Assembly: GCA_051294375.1 (NCBI GenBank)
Contig: CM119270.1
Coordinates: 10,150,984-10,214,983 of the forward strand
DNA length: 64,000 bases
Source: Paraspadella gotoi
Taxonomy: Eukaryota; Animalia; Chaetognatha
Direction of reading: 5' to 3'
Part shown: in pieces, positions 13,701 through 26,405 of the stretch
How positions within the stretch are numbered: the first letter of the stretch is position 1
Layout: every line of letters starts with the position of its first letter
Notes under the pieces: model-generated
The model's input: the letters and a program-made list of their open reading frames with translations, nothing else
Told to the model about the DNA's origin: nothing
Databases searched by the model: none
Made by a program: the position numbers and the translations under genes

Positions 13701-14808
13701 TTTTTCCGCGGTACCGCTGAAACGCTCTTATCCGAAGCCGACGACTTAATGGGATGAAGTACTCCGGCCGACCTTTTACTCCGTCTCGAGGAAAGCTCTA
13801 TTGCCCGGTTGGAAGCGGGTGAGTCTTCGCCGCAGTTTTCCTTCCCTGTTAATTCGAGTTCTTCGATCGAACCGAGGATTTCAATGGGGTTGTCCTCAAC
13901 TTCATCACTTTTAAGGCAATCCAGGACTCGCGGCTTTGTTGCCTTCTCGTCAAGTTTCGACGACTTTTGGTCTTCAACAATGAGCTTGGGAAAGACTTTG
14001 AAATCGGTATCAACTTGAAAAATAATCTTATTTAAAATGGAATCCTCCACTTTGGAAACCGTCGAGCATACCAATTTCGAAAATTGCTCGTCACAGGGCT
14101 CGTTCGTTTTTTCCACTTCTCCATCCGCCTCATCGTGCTTATCATAATCATTCGACAATGTTGCCTTTTCTGCGGAACCCTCTTTAACGGCGTCTTTTGG
14201 CGACGTTTGATGAGCGGACCACTTTTCTTGATCAGATTCAGCGCCCTCGATTTGCGTCGGAGAATTGCAACGAGATAAGTCCTCGTCCTCTTCTGTGTCA
14301 AAATCCTCGGCTGAAAGAATGCTGAATGTTTGCTGTACGAAAAGTGGAGGCGACCTTGTTGACTCTAAAGAATCGTTCGTTTTTATTTCGATTTTGAAAT
14401 GTTGCTTGGATTCTTTCGGCGAGGCTTTTTGGTCAGATTTAGTCTTTTTATTGACTGTGAAAAGTTGACTTTTATCCTTTGGTTTATGGTCATTTTTTTC
14501 GAATTTCATCTTTTCCTTAGAGACAAGGCATGAGTTATCTTCCATCTCGACGGATTTTATCGTGGCTCCCGAAAAATCGACGACCTTAATTTCGAATGGA
14601 GAGTCGGACGTTTCGTCGATTTGATCAGGTAGTTTGTCCCGTTCAAAACTGGAGTGATTGTTGATCTCCTGGGATTTGGACTTTTCCGGCGAAATGCACG
14701 GCACCGTCATGGCCTTGGGTTCAAGCTTTGATGCTTCAGAGGGGACTGCTTCAGCATCTGATCTGGCTTTTCGATAGGTGGCCGGATGGGTGTCGTCTTC
14801 GACGTCAG
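10772..14808 (-). CDS. PRDM2-like gene, last coding exon with dispersed C2H2 zinc fingers
   Basis: 1312-aa ORF extends upstream in frame to acceptor ttttgatcttcctcag|CT at 14808 (phase 1). C2H2 motifs include CDVC..HYLKYH, CHVC..HLFKTH, CKIC..HIKFIH, CQFC..H, CKVC..HHKIDH; also CTFC..HILDC and CQKC..HKILC (C2HC). TAG stop at 10772. Confidence 0.9.
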
Positions 14809-15453
14809 CTGAGGAAGATCAAAATGAAGTTTTAAAATGGAGTAAATATGATCGTGAGAGGTGTTTAGGTTCACATGACAAATCTTTAAGTAAACTGTAG
14901 CATAAATTAGCATAAATTGGCATACATTAGCCTAAATTATTATCATTTTCAAAGATGAGAATTAAAAGAAAATTGGAACTTAATTTCATATTTCTACTTT
15001 TTACTTGTCTTTTTTATTTTCCCACTTTTATTTGTCTTTCTTTTTTCTTAACCTCTTTCTTTCTTCCTTCCTCTCTTTATCGCTTTCTTTTTTTTTCTTT
15101 TCATCTCACGTGCTTTTTTTTTATCTTTTGTTCTTTCTTTCTTTCGCCCTTTCTTTTTATTTTTCTTTATTTCGTTATTTTTTCTTTATATCTCTAATGT
15201 CATAATTTTAAAACCTTGTGGCAGCATCAACACGCGACCTCATGAGATCATCTTTCTCTCTCACAATCACTGACCGATCACAGGTCACCACAAGTCTCTC
15301 CCGACTGTCTTCAGCCGGTTTCTCGGTACAGTTTATTATTTATTATTTTAGCTAAAATAATAGGCATAGCGAATTTCCTTTCTTTTCGTTGTGTTTGGAT
15401 TAGTAGAAATAAGTTTGAGTTTATTTGCAACAACGATTTTATTAGTACATAAG

Positions 15454-15496
15454 GACGTACATGTTTCGGCTTTAGTTACAAGCCTTCTTCAGCGTC
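15454..15496 (-). ncRNA. Minimal type I hammerhead ribozyme in the inverted pseudo-LTR
   Basis: Exact reverse complement of 17931-17973. Confidence 0.8.
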
Positions 15497-15548
15497 ATAG
15501 AGAAAAATTGTTTTGTGAACTTTTACAAATTATTTGTGCAAAGGAAAA

Positions 15549-15592
<44 letters not shown>

Positions 15593-15970
15593 CAGAGACA
15601 GGGCAAAGTTTCCAACACAGAGTTGAGAAAAGAATAGTGGTCAGATGTGAGGACAGGTCAAGGTGAAGACAGATTGAGTTAGACTGTGAAAAGAAATTAA
15701 ATGGTGAAAAATTTTGAGAGAGAGGGAGAGAGACAGAGAGAGAGAGAGAGAGAAAGGAACATTAGTAACAATACATTGTGCAATGTACAACAAAGATAAA
15801 TGATTTAAACTAACAGTGAAATAAATATTTTAACATTAAACTACTTAATAAATAATTGAGTATAAAACAGTGAAATTGAAATGTGAAAGGAAAGAGAGAA
15901 TTAAGTTTAGAAGATATTAATGTGGAAAGTGAAATTTAAGAATTAAGAAAGAGCTCAAAATGAGCTGGCA

Positions 15971-17424
15971 GAGTCTATCCTCTTCTGGTATCGGAAAGCA
16001 GACGATACCATTCTGGCCGTGCGCAAAGACCTCATTGAGGACTTACTGAACCATTTGAACAGCATTCATGTGAGCATCAAGTGGACATGTGAAAAAGAGG
16101 TGAATGGGTCGATTCCAATGCTCGATGTGCTTATAAAGCGCAAAGAGGGCGGCTCATTGGAATTCTCAGTATATCGCAAACCTACACACACAGACCAATA
16201 CATTCCCTTCGATTCTCATGCCCCCTTGTCTCACAAGCTAGCCACGATCAGATCCCTTACCAGAAGGGCTATATTGATTCCGTCGACCCCCGAGCTTCAG
16301 GCCGCCGAGCTTGAGCATGTCAAAAGAGCCTTGGCGATCAATGGTTACCCATTGTGGGCCTTCGAGAAGGCCAGGTACCGGCCGTATCTGGTTGAGGGCA
16401 GTGGCCACCAAGGGGCTGCCCAAGTAACCGCTAGCGTTGATTCTACCTCCAACCCCCAGGAGGAAGAAAGGGTTCTTGCTGCTGAAGAGCCTACCGCGCC
16501 CACCACAGCGCAACTGGAAGATAAGCAGAAGCGCCCTAAGAACGTGGGTCACTTGTCCCTCCCCTACCACCAATCACTGAGTCATTGGTGCGGGTGCTGG
16601 CAAAGCAGGGGATCTCCACCTCAGTGACGACCCGCGGTTCTCTACAAGAGCAATTGGTGAAACCGAAAGATAAAATCCCCAGACCGAAAACATCAGGAGC
16701 CGTCTATTGGGCGGCCTGTGCAGGGGCGGGCAACCAAGCCTGTGCAGCAGCATACGTGGGCGAAACAGGCAAGTCTCTAACAGACCGCTTTCAGCAGCAC
16801 ACAAAACCTTATCGCGATGCGAGAGGACATTACCTATCTGCGGTGCTGAACATACAGTAAATACTGGCCATCTATTTTAGAGAGTCAGACTGTCTCGTGC
16901 TGTCCCATGACCCAAACTGGTTCTCAAGAGGTATTAGAGAGGCGATCTATATCAAAGCCCTCGAGCCCTCTTTGAATCGTGATGGAGGACGATTCGATCT
17001 CCCTCCAAGCTATGATACGCTTATCAAAAGCGACAAAAGCGTGGTGGAGGCCCCGCCACCACCACGTCCGCACAATGACTCCCCCGTTTCTACTCAACGA
17101 AACAAGGGGAGACCTTTGCGCAGGCAATGGGCAAACGATGCCTCTCCTTCAACTGCAGCAACTCACTCCCTCTCTCTGTGGAGTAAGCGCCCACCAAAAA
17201 GGCGGCTGCTGGAGGAAGGAGAGGAGTCCACAACTCATGTCGCAAAAGCGGCAAGAACGGACAACCACCCATCTCGCCAGCAGACGAGAAGAGGGCAGTC
17301 GACAGGCGTACCAGGCCAGAGAGACATCAGGGTAGCCTTTGGACTCTTCCCGCAAGGAAGCCTACCCAATCCATCACATACAGGCTCAATCGATATGACC
17401 TCTCAGCCACTGACGCGCCAATGA
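15971..17424 (+). pseudogene. Penelope-like RT / GIY-YIG ORF remnant, frameshifted
   Basis: Track ORFs 16019-16627, 16585-16860 and 16897-17424 join into RT thumb, GIY-YIG and a C-terminal extension. The 5' half of RT is missing. Confidence 0.88.
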
Positions 17425-17930
17425 CTCGACCACATCGTCACTACCTCTCATTTGCTTCAACCAAAGGGGGCCAGCTCATTTTGAGCTCTTTCTTAATTCT
17501 TAAATTTCACTTTCCACATTAATATCTTCTAAACTTAATTCTCTCTTTCCTTTCACATTTCAATTTCACTGTTTTTATACTCAATTATTTATTAAGTAGT
17601 TTAATGTTAAAATATTTATTTCACTGTTAGTTTAAATCATTTATCTTTGTTGTACATTGCACAATGTATTGTTACTAATGTTCCTTTCTCTCTCTCTCTC
17701 TCTCTGTCTCTCTCCCTCTCTCTCAAAATTTTTCACCATTTAATTTCTTTTCACAGTCTAACTCAATCTGTCTTCACCTTGACCTGTCCTCACATCTGAC
17801 CACTATTCTTTTCTCAACTCTGTGTTGGAAACTTTGCCCTGTCTCTGTCTCTCTGTCTCTCTCTCTCTCTCTCTTACTTTTCCTTTTGCACAAATAATTT
17901 GTAAAAGTTCACAAAACAATTTTTCTCTAT

Positions 17931-17973
17931 GACGCTGAAGAAGGCTTGTAACTAAAGCCGAAACATGTACGTC
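17931..17973 (+). ncRNA. Minimal type I hammerhead ribozyme in the Penelope pseudo-LTR
   Basis: GACG-CUGAAGA-A-GGCUU(GUAACUA)AAGCC-GAAAC-AU-GUA|CGUC: intact core, stem I GACG/CGUC, stem II GGCUU/AAGCC, palindromic ACAUGU stem III, GUA cleavage triplet. Confidence 0.82.
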
Positions 17974-18084
17974 CTTATGTACTAATAAAATCGTTGTTGC
18001 AAATAAACTCAAACTTATTTCTACTAGCTAAAATAATAAATATTAAATACCATTAGTTGTATTATTTTATCATAATTTACCCGG

Positions 18085-18800
18085 CAAGGAAGCCTACCCA
18101 ATCCATCACATACAGGCTCAATCGATATGACCTCTCAGCCACTGACGCGCCAATGACTCGACCACATCGTCACTACCTCTCATTTGCTTCAACCAAAGGG
18201 GGCCAGCTCATTTTGAGCTCTTTCTTAATTCTTAAATTTCACTTTCCACATTATATCTTCTAAACTTAATTCTCTCTTTCCTTTCACATTTCAATTTCAC
18301 TGTTTTATACTCAATTATTTATTAAGTAGTTTAATGTTAAAATATTTATTTCACTGTTAGTTTAAAATCATTATCTTTGTTGTACATTGCACAATGTATT
18401 GTTACTAATGTTCCTTTCTCTCTCTCTCTCTCTCCTGTCTCTCTCCCTCTCTCTCAAAATTTTTCACCATTTAATTTCTTTTCACAGTCTAACTCAATCT
18501 GTCTTCACCTTGACCTGTCCTCACATCTGACCACTATTCTTTTTCTCAACTCTGTGTTGGAAACTTTGCCCTGTCCTGTCTCTTCTGTCTCTCTCCCTCT
18601 CTCTCTTACTTTTCCTTTGCACAAATAATTTGTAAAAGTTCACAACAACAATTTTCTCTATGACGCTGAAGAAGGCTTGTAACTAAAGCCAAACATGTAC
18701 GTCCTTATGTACTAATAAAATCGTTGTTGCAAATAAACTCAAACTTATTTCTACTAGCTAAAATAATAAATATTAAATACCATTAGTTGTATTATTTTAT
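18085..18800 (+). repeat. Direct duplicate of ~17355-18075 (PLE 3' end, pseudo-LTR and flank)
   Basis: Near-identical apart from single-base indels, including loss of the G of GAAAC in its ribozyme (18662-18703). Includes non-PLE flank and lies near an N gap. Confidence 0.75.
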
Positions 18801-20031
18801 CATAATTTAATCAGGACAATTAATTTTCAGCCAATTTTACCGAAATTACATAAACTTTTTGATTTTTACAACAACAAAGTACTAAAACAGGTAAATAAAA
18901 ATTGAATAAAATATGTTAGCCAAAAGACCTTAGAATGTCATATAGGTTTAANNNNNNNNNNNNNNNNNNNNNNNNNAAATTTTTCTCATAAAGATTTAAT
19001 GATATAATGACAATCAAAAATGAAAAAAAATTATATATATAAATTAAAGATTGAAGAAAAATAATGATATTACAGTTAGTTTTTTATGATTATTGTAGTG
19101 CTTGTAGTAGTATTCATGGTAGTAGGGGTCTAATTGGTTGATGTTTTTGCGTGTTTGGTATAGGAATAATTTTTTTTGGTCATTATAATTGTTGTGGTCA
19201 ATATGGTTATCATGGTTGTTATCATAATTATATTATAGTATAAATATATATCATATAGTAGTTATAGTAGGGAGTTGTAGCTTTTATATCTGTAATAATA
19301 CTTAGAATTATAGTATGAATGTTGTGATTGTTTAGAGTATAGGAAAGATGTTTTTGGAACAAAATTTTAAAAACAATTTTTAAAATTTATACATCCAATT
19401 GCGAAAAATTTGAATTTAAAACTCAGGGGGGATGTATAGTCAGACATATATTTTTTCCCTCTCCTCCTAACCATTTTTTATATTTCTCACCAAATTTTTA
19501 ATTTTTTTATAAGGGAAGCAAGTTTTTATAATATAAAATTTAGAGATGAAACGAAAAATTCGTTGGAACAGCAATTTAGTTTTTGCTGTTCCAACGAATT
19601 TTTCGTTTCATCTCTTTCTATTTCAGACAGCAAAAAAGAAAGTCAAAAATACAATATAAAATTTTTTTTTAAAATTTATTTACTCTTTTAAGTAACTAAA
19701 ATTTTTAATAATTAGTGGTTAAAAAAGATGGCTATCTTTTTATAACTGTAAAATCATTATTTTTCTTCAATCTTAAATTTATATATATAATTTTTTTATA
19801 TTTTATGATTATCACTATATCATTAAATCTTTATGAGAAAAATTTTTTAAACCTATATGATACATTTTAAGATCTTTTGGCTAACATATTTTATCATAAA
19901 TTTTTATTTACCTGTTTTAGTACTATGTTCCAATAAAAATCAAAAGTACATGTAATTTGGTAAAAAATGGCTGAAAATTAATTGTCCTGATTAAATTATG
20001 ACAAAATAATACAACTAATGGTATTTAATAT
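18769..20031. mobile_element. Foldback/MITE-like element with ~300-bp inverted arms
   Basis: 18769-19080 (interrupted by an N gap) is the imperfect reverse complement of ~19741-20031. Confidence 0.65.
19542..19615. repeat. Perfect 33-bp-arm hairpin
   Basis: AGAGATGAAACGAAAAATTCGTTGGAACAGCAA, 8-nt loop, then its exact reverse complement. Confidence 0.95.
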
Positions 20032-21109
20032 GCGCCTTAGACTTTATTCTGCTGAATAAAATCATTTGACTTTATATATGACTTTATATTTTATGACTTA
20101 TATATATGACTTTATATTTGACTTTATATATGAACTGAGATATGATTTAAATAAATTAAAAATTACATTTTTTAAAGATTTTTTAGGCTTTTTTTTGGTA
20201 GAATCTCAAAAAATATTTATCGTAAAGAGTTGGCAATAGGCTCAAAATAAAGGTCACATCTTATAGTTTCTAGTCCATATATATTAAGTAAAATTATATC
20301 ATATCATTATAGTAAATTATTTAAAAATTTAATTAATATTTTTTCAAATTTTTTGGGGGATGATATGCCTATATTTAAGCTTGAAGAAAAATTTTATTTA
20401 TGAATTAATTGAAAGAAGACTGTCTATAGAACTCGTTGGTATCCTCAATTTTTTAGATTAAAGTCTTATTATATTCTCAATAATACTTACCATTTCATTA
20501 CTTTTTAAACAAAAAAATAATATATTTTGATTAATAACTTTTTAGCCAAAAGTCGCAGAAAGTTGGGAGTGGTCTTAAATTAAAGCTCTCGGTTTACTGA
20601 TATCGTTTGACATATAGATGTTTGAATTGAGTCTATATTTTGCAAAATTAAAACAAAAGTTATCAAATTTTCTCAAAAATTAACCTACCAACTTCAACTG
20701 CAATTAAAAAAAATCTTAAAAGCATAAGGATCGTCGCAATCGCATAAGAAAAATCTGGATTAACGACAAATTTTGATACTAAAAAAATCAAATTTGAAAA
20801 AGAAAATTAATTTATAAACAGAAAGAAAAAGAAAAAAAAATATAAAACAGTAAAATAACTTATTTTCGAGTTTAATTTTTAGCAAGTGCTAAGTCTTGAG
20901 AAACATTATTGAAGGTACTTTTGTTTTATTTTTAGCCCGCATAAGCGAGCAGTTTGATCAAATGCGACCTCTCCAAACACTGTCAACATTCCCAGACAAA
21001 AGACAAGGTGAAATTTGAATCAGACTGACGAAGTGAAGTAAAGACTAAAGAGAAGTAAAATGAAGTAAAGTAAAATAAAATAATAAATATTATTCTGATT
21101 GATATTTAG

Positions 21110-22555
21110 GGCATTCCCGGAGATCAATGCCCTCTGGAGGACTATGGGAAAACGAAGAGCAAGGTTTTTCTTAAAGAATTAACGGAAAAAAGAAGAGGAA
21201 GGAAATGGAACGGAAGAGGATAACATTTCGGGGAAAAAGAATAAAGGAATTCAGATATAATTTTATTTTAATATTTTTAATTTTTGTTATATGAAATTGG
21301 TACAACTAATATATATTTGGGTAAAAATTAAGGTTACAATAAATTATGGTTAAGAATAAATTAAGAATAAGTGTAAGTTAACTAGAAAAATAAATTAAGG
21401 TTAAAAATAAGTTAGGGGTAAGTTAGGGTTAAGTTAGGGTTAGGGGTAATTTAGGGTTAGGGGTAAGTTAGGGGTAGAGGTAAGTTTAGGTTAGGGGTAG
21501 GTTTGGGTTAGGGGTAAGTTAAGGGTAAATTAGAGTTAAATTTAAAATTAAGTTTTGGCTTAAGTATATAATAATTTAACATTTCAAAAATAATATTTAA
21601 ATATTAATAAATTTATAAAAAATAAAATCTTAAAAGCATAAGGATTGTCGCAATTGCATAAGAAAAATCTGGATTGACGACAAATTTTGATAATAAAAAA
21701 AAGCAAATTTGAAGAAAAAAAAAAATTTATAAACAGAAAAAAAAAGAAGAAAAGAATAAATAAAGAATAGAAAGGAAAGAAAGAATAGAAAAAAAAGAAT
21801 AGAAAGGAAAGAAAGAATAGAAAGGAAAAAAAGAATAGAAAGGAAAAAAAGAATAGAAAAGAAAGAAAGAATAGAAAGGGGAAAAAAAGAAAACAGAAAG
21901 AAAAATTCTATTTTGCGATTGTCAATTTACAGTTACAGTTTCTGAAAAAAAAAAAACACACTTTTTCATTGTTAAAAGAATAAATATAAAACAGTAAAAT
22001 AACTTATTTTCGAGTTTAATTTTTAGCAAGTGGAGACTGGAGTAACATTATTGAAGGTACTTTTGTTTTACTTTAAGCAGGCATAAGCGAGCAGTTTGAT
22101 CGAATGCGACCTCTCTAAACACTGTCAGCATTCCCAGACAAAAGACAAAGTGATTCTTGAATCAGACTGACGAAGAGAATTAAAGACTAAAGTGAAATAA
22201 AAACCCAATGTTACTATGGCAAAATGATAACATGCACGAATGCGATGCCTAATTTTACGAGTTCAATCCCAATTCAAATTTTTTTTAAATAAAAAAACAG
22301 AGAGAGAGAGAGAGAGAAAGAGAGAGAAAAGAAAGAAATCAAATGGCAGCAGCAGAAGCAGCAGGAGAAAAGAAAGAAAAAGAGAGAGCCCCTGCAGAGC
22401 CAGCTGCAGACTCAAAAGGCAGCAGCAAAAGCAGCAGGAGAAAATAGAGAAAAAGAATAAGCCCCTGCAGAGCCAGCTGCAGACTCATTTTTTCCCTGTG
22501 ATTATGAATCAGTGAATAGGGAAAAGAGAGAGGGAGAGAGACATGTAATTAAAAG

Positions 22556-22594
<39 letters not shown>

Positions 22595-23070
22595 GAAAAT
22601 AAAAGAGAGAAAATTTGTTTTGATAAAACGTAAACAAAACATAACATAACTGTCCAGACTCAATTTTAAGCACATCGGTGATGAGAAGCTCTATATAAAT
22701 TTTCAGCTTTATAAACCCAAATTTAATCATAAAAAAGGCGATCTATAATTTGGAACGCCGACGACGACGACAACGACGACGACGACGCCACTTATGCGCA
22801 AAAGTGTTACAATATCGTCGCAAACGCTTAGCGATTGCGACGATAATAATAATAATAATAATATTTACAAATAACATAATTTTTATTTATGATGACAATG
22901 GTCATTTAATAATTCGGAGAGAGTGAGAGATATCAAGGTTAAAATTGCCTCTCTTTCTATCTCTCAAAGTTAGTATCCAAATATTTATTAAAACTATTAA
23001 AACTGGTTGATAAAGGTTCAAAAAACAAAACATATCCGAATTATTAAATGATCGTGGTTATCACAAAAAC
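21110..23070 (+). mobile_element. Second copy of the Merlin-like MITE, interrupted by a HINE-2 insertion
   Basis: Starts GGCATTCCCGGAGATCAATGCC, matching 30868. Has the TTAGGG-like tract at 21400-21540. Homology resumes at 22845 after the insertion. Right TIR not found. Confidence 0.65.
21624..22844 (-). mobile_element. HINE-like element family 2, complete copy
   Basis: 5' hairpin ATCGTCGCAA-ACGCTTAGCGA-TTGCGACGAT, (GTC)n tract, 3' subterminal inverted repeat followed by CTTA..TAAG stem and T-run. Related copies at 20711-21060, 52735-53603, 53606-54325. Confidence 0.72.
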
Positions 23071-23564
23071 TTATTTTGTAAATAGCAGAGCAGAGGCACC
23101 CAGAAAAAAAGAAAGAGTTTATATCTGCTTTATTTGTTGGAGAATAAATCATTCTCGATCTGAAATTCGTCTCTTAAATAACTGCCACAACAACTTATTT
23201 TCCAAAAACGCAAAATTTCATCTTAAATTCGGAATTAAATTAATTTTTAAGTTTAAAAATTAGGTAAAATATTAAGGATTAAGGTAAAAGATTAAGTTAA
23301 TGATTAAGGTTAGGGATTATAGTTAAGGATTAAGATTTAGGCCAAAGAGTTAATGTTTAAGATGATGAATTAGTTTTGGTTTTTTAGAGTTAAGGTTAAT
23401 AAGTTATTAATATTACAATTGAGTTCAAGAATTAAGAACAGAAAATGGGGGGGGGGCTTTTGGAAAAAAAAGCTTAAAAATCTATCTAAACATTGCCGAA
23501 ATTACAACGTTAAATATATATATGGATATTAAATAATATTTCAAAATCCTATTTCCTCCTTTAC

Positions 23565-25232
23565 CTTGGTTCTTGTTCCAGAAGGTATTCTCAGAGGGGA
23601 ATTTATGGAGCCGCGATTGAAGGCATCTCGGTGAGGTCGTTGAAGGGTCGGGAGAGGTGAGCAAAGAGGATGAGGCGGTGACTGCGATTGGCGCGAGTAG
23701 AGCGGGCGAGTCGGGCTCGTCGAAGTCGTACGGATCTCTCGTGAATACTCCTGCAGTCTCCGTTAGAGATAAAGAAACCTGAGATATCGACGAGGTCGTC
23801 GTGGCTCTCGTATCCGAGATCGTGTCATCGCTTTTCACCGAAAACTTCAAAGCACTCGGAGACGAGGGCGATGAAAGCATCGCAGGAATTAGCGGCTGAA
23901 GTTCCGCTGTAACTCTGCAAGATTTCGTGGGCGACAGATCGATTCCCCCGTTACCCTCGTTGAGTGTCTCGACGCGGCCCCGCTGAAAGGGAAGTTCGGC
24001 AGACGTGCGATCCTGATTATTTGGTCGTTCGAGTCCCGAGCTGCCGTCGTCGACATTTGTAGTCGTAAGATAACCTTTCCTAGACCCGTAATCTGACGTA
24101 GAAATTTTTTGCGCACCGCCCTGGTAGGCGAAATTTGCCTCCAAAATGTGATTATTTTCAAAGAACGACTGACTTCCTGATATTGAATCTTCAAACCCGA
24201 AATTAACGTCATCCGCTGACGAGGTCCAACTTGATTGCTCCGCCGAGAGGTTTAATTCCCGTTTATTTTTCTCAGCTGTCTCCTCTGCAGTTTCCTTGTC
24301 ACCCGCCAACACGAATTCCTCTTTAGTTCCCTCCTTTTTTTCCAGCCTCGATTCTACTTTTTTCTCTTTCATCTCTTCTGAAATTGAATTCTCAAGATTT
24401 GCCTTTTTTGCCACCAATTCCACCAAGGCTGCCATACTTTCCTCCACGATCTCACCGATTTTTTGGTTCGTCTCCTTTTTCGACGCCTCTTCTGCTGTTT
24501 TAACTGGCTCTTCCGCCGCAGGGGACTCATCCATGTCAGTCTTCACTAATTCCATTGGTGTCTCGTCCTTCACAAAATTCGAAAGAGATACATTTTTAAT
24601 TAATTCCTTCTCATTTATTAATAATTTCCTTTCTTCTGTCATTGACATTTCCTCCGTCTCCGTCACTTTCTTTTCGGTTGCCCTATTGTTCACCACACAA
24701 TCCTCCAAAAAAATTATCTTTCCTTGTCCCATCAAAGCCATGACCGCAGGAGCCGAATCCTCCGAGTCGGACTCGCCAGTAAGGGCTATGACATCCGGAG
24801 AATTCCGATAGTCGCTGTTTTCCCCGGATCGGTCGGTTCGCGACGAAGCGGACGAATGGTGTGTGGCGTAATCTGAGTCCGAATCGCTGGAACCGCCAAC
24901 CTTGACTACATCTACAATGTCGTCGTCGTTTTCGCGTTTCCCGTCGTCATCCATTTCGTAATCGCCGTTCCGACGTTGCGAGGATTCCGCAGAGACTTGG
25001 AGAGGAGTTCGCAAGGGACGGTGACGCTGTTTCCAGCCGGAAGTTTGAAGCGTCGCCCGACATCGCGGAGAAGACGGGGGAGAAGAATCCTCCGGCGTGG
25101 AGACGCGAACTGCGTCGTCGTCGTCGTCGTCGTCGTCGAGAGAGTCTTCAGAGTCTGTGTAATGAGGTCGATGGGTTTTGGCCGAGCGAGAAAGAGATGT
25201 TCGTTGAGGAGTGCAGAGTCGAGGAGGCGTAG
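23565..25232 (-). CDS. PRDM2-like gene, coding exon 4 (acidic, Ser/Pro-rich)
   Basis: Open frame from acceptor ttcctataccag|CT (25232, phase 1) to donor CAAG|gtaaag (23565, phase 1), 1668 nt. Includes a poly-Asp run and the 510-aa track ORF. Confidence 0.82.
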
Positions 25233-25736
25233 CTGGTATAGGAACGTCAATATTATATTAACCTGATAAACTGTAATAAATTGTAAAAAAACTGTAATAA
25301 AGTAGAGACTGATTATTGCTAAACTCATGAATTAAGATTGTTATACAGAAGGCTTCATATTATTATTATAAAATGTGGTACTGTGGCGAATCCTAAATTC
25401 GCCTCCCTTATAGCTTGGTAAAACTCAGCTCGTCCCATTGGCTTGGACAGCTAAGTACTCGTTCACCAACCGTGAGTTCCGGGTTCAATCCCCTTACACG
25501 CCAGAGACATGGGGTGGTCACTGCACTGCAGGTCCAAACCCCTGAGCGCCAGCTGTCGGGAGATGCCTCACACCCCAGGTATCACACATGTCCCTCCGTT
25601 GCCATAGTACCCCTTTTTTGTGACCAGAATCTGTTCCCACCAAACGACCGGATCAAATTTCATAAAATGTTCTAATGACAATATAAATGGAACTATCTAG
25701 GCGAATTTTAATATTCAACCCCTGACAAGAGATACA

Positions 25737-25808
25737 GGGCCCTGGGGCTGGAGCCCTGGGGATGGAGCCCTGGGGCTGGAGCCCTGGGGCTGGACCCCTG
25801 GGGGCCCA
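25737..25808. repeat. 14-bp GC-rich minisatellite (GGAGCCCTGGGGCT), about 5 copies
   Basis: Directly visible tandem repeat. Confidence 0.9.
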
Positions 25809-25841
25809 AAAAAGGCTAAATTTTTTTTTTCATTTTTTATA

Positions 25842-26405
25842 TTTTTAGTCGGATCTGCTTTCAGCAGATCCCGACTCTATAATTCACTTTGTCGGTCCAT
25901 CGGTCCGCCCCCTCAATCTTGTCGGGCATTCACTTATATCATGTCAGAACATCGAATTATGATAAATTATGCAAAAAAAAATGATGTCCGTCCGTCCCAC
26001 CTCAGCAAAAAACACCAATTACTCGTGATTGGATGGATGGATTGGAATGAAATTTTGTGTGTGGGTAAGGAAGTGTGTGATTGAGCTGGATATGAAGTTT
26101 CGAGTGGAAATGAGTTTAAATGGAAAAAACAAAAAAATATATTTCATTATTTGAACACCAGTTACTCATGAGTGGATGGGGCGATTGACTTGAAATTTTG
26201 TATTTGGGTAGAAAAGTGTCGTTTGAGTGATTTTAAATGGAAAAAAACAAAGAACCTGTTTCACTAATTGATTATGCTTCTTTTTCTTTTTATTTTAAAT
26301 GTAAATGCAAGATGTATTAATTAATCAAATAATTAATTAGTTAATTAATTAATTAGTCATTTAATTAATCAATAAGATCCGACATTGTTTGCTCAAACTT
26401 GTTTT
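25842..26405 (+). mobile_element. HINE/DINE-1-like family 1, complete short copy
   Basis: T-run, GTCGGATCTGC plus its partial inverted repeat GCAGATCCCGAC, (GTCC)n, 3' AGATCCGAC (26375-26383), GTTTG-CT-CAAAC hairpin, T-run. No TSD. Confidence 0.8.

Larger units (their letters stand above)
15377..18025 (+). mobile_element. 5'-truncated Penelope-like retroelement with inverted pseudo-LTRs, in PRDM intron 4
   Basis: 15400-15968 is the reverse complement of ~17470-18025. The interior encodes the RT C-terminus (WYRKADDT, IPMLDVLI, VYRKPTHTDQYIPFDSHAP) and a GIY-YIG endonuclease (AVY..C....YVGETGKSL..RFQQH; REAIYIKALEPSLNRDGG). Confidence 0.92.

Noticed and set aside
10998-14468. Plus-strand ORFs overlapping the large exon (also 24296-25266, 61039-63823)
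   Set aside because: Antisense shadows of real coding sequence with no independent motifs.
18085-18800. Natural tandem pLTR that would allow a dimeric hammerhead
   Set aside because: The duplicate includes non-element flank, differs only by single-base indels and sits near an N gap, so an assembly duplication is more likely.
21400-21540. True telomere or chromosome-fusion scar
   Set aside because: The repeats are degenerate and are an internal part of a repeated MITE.
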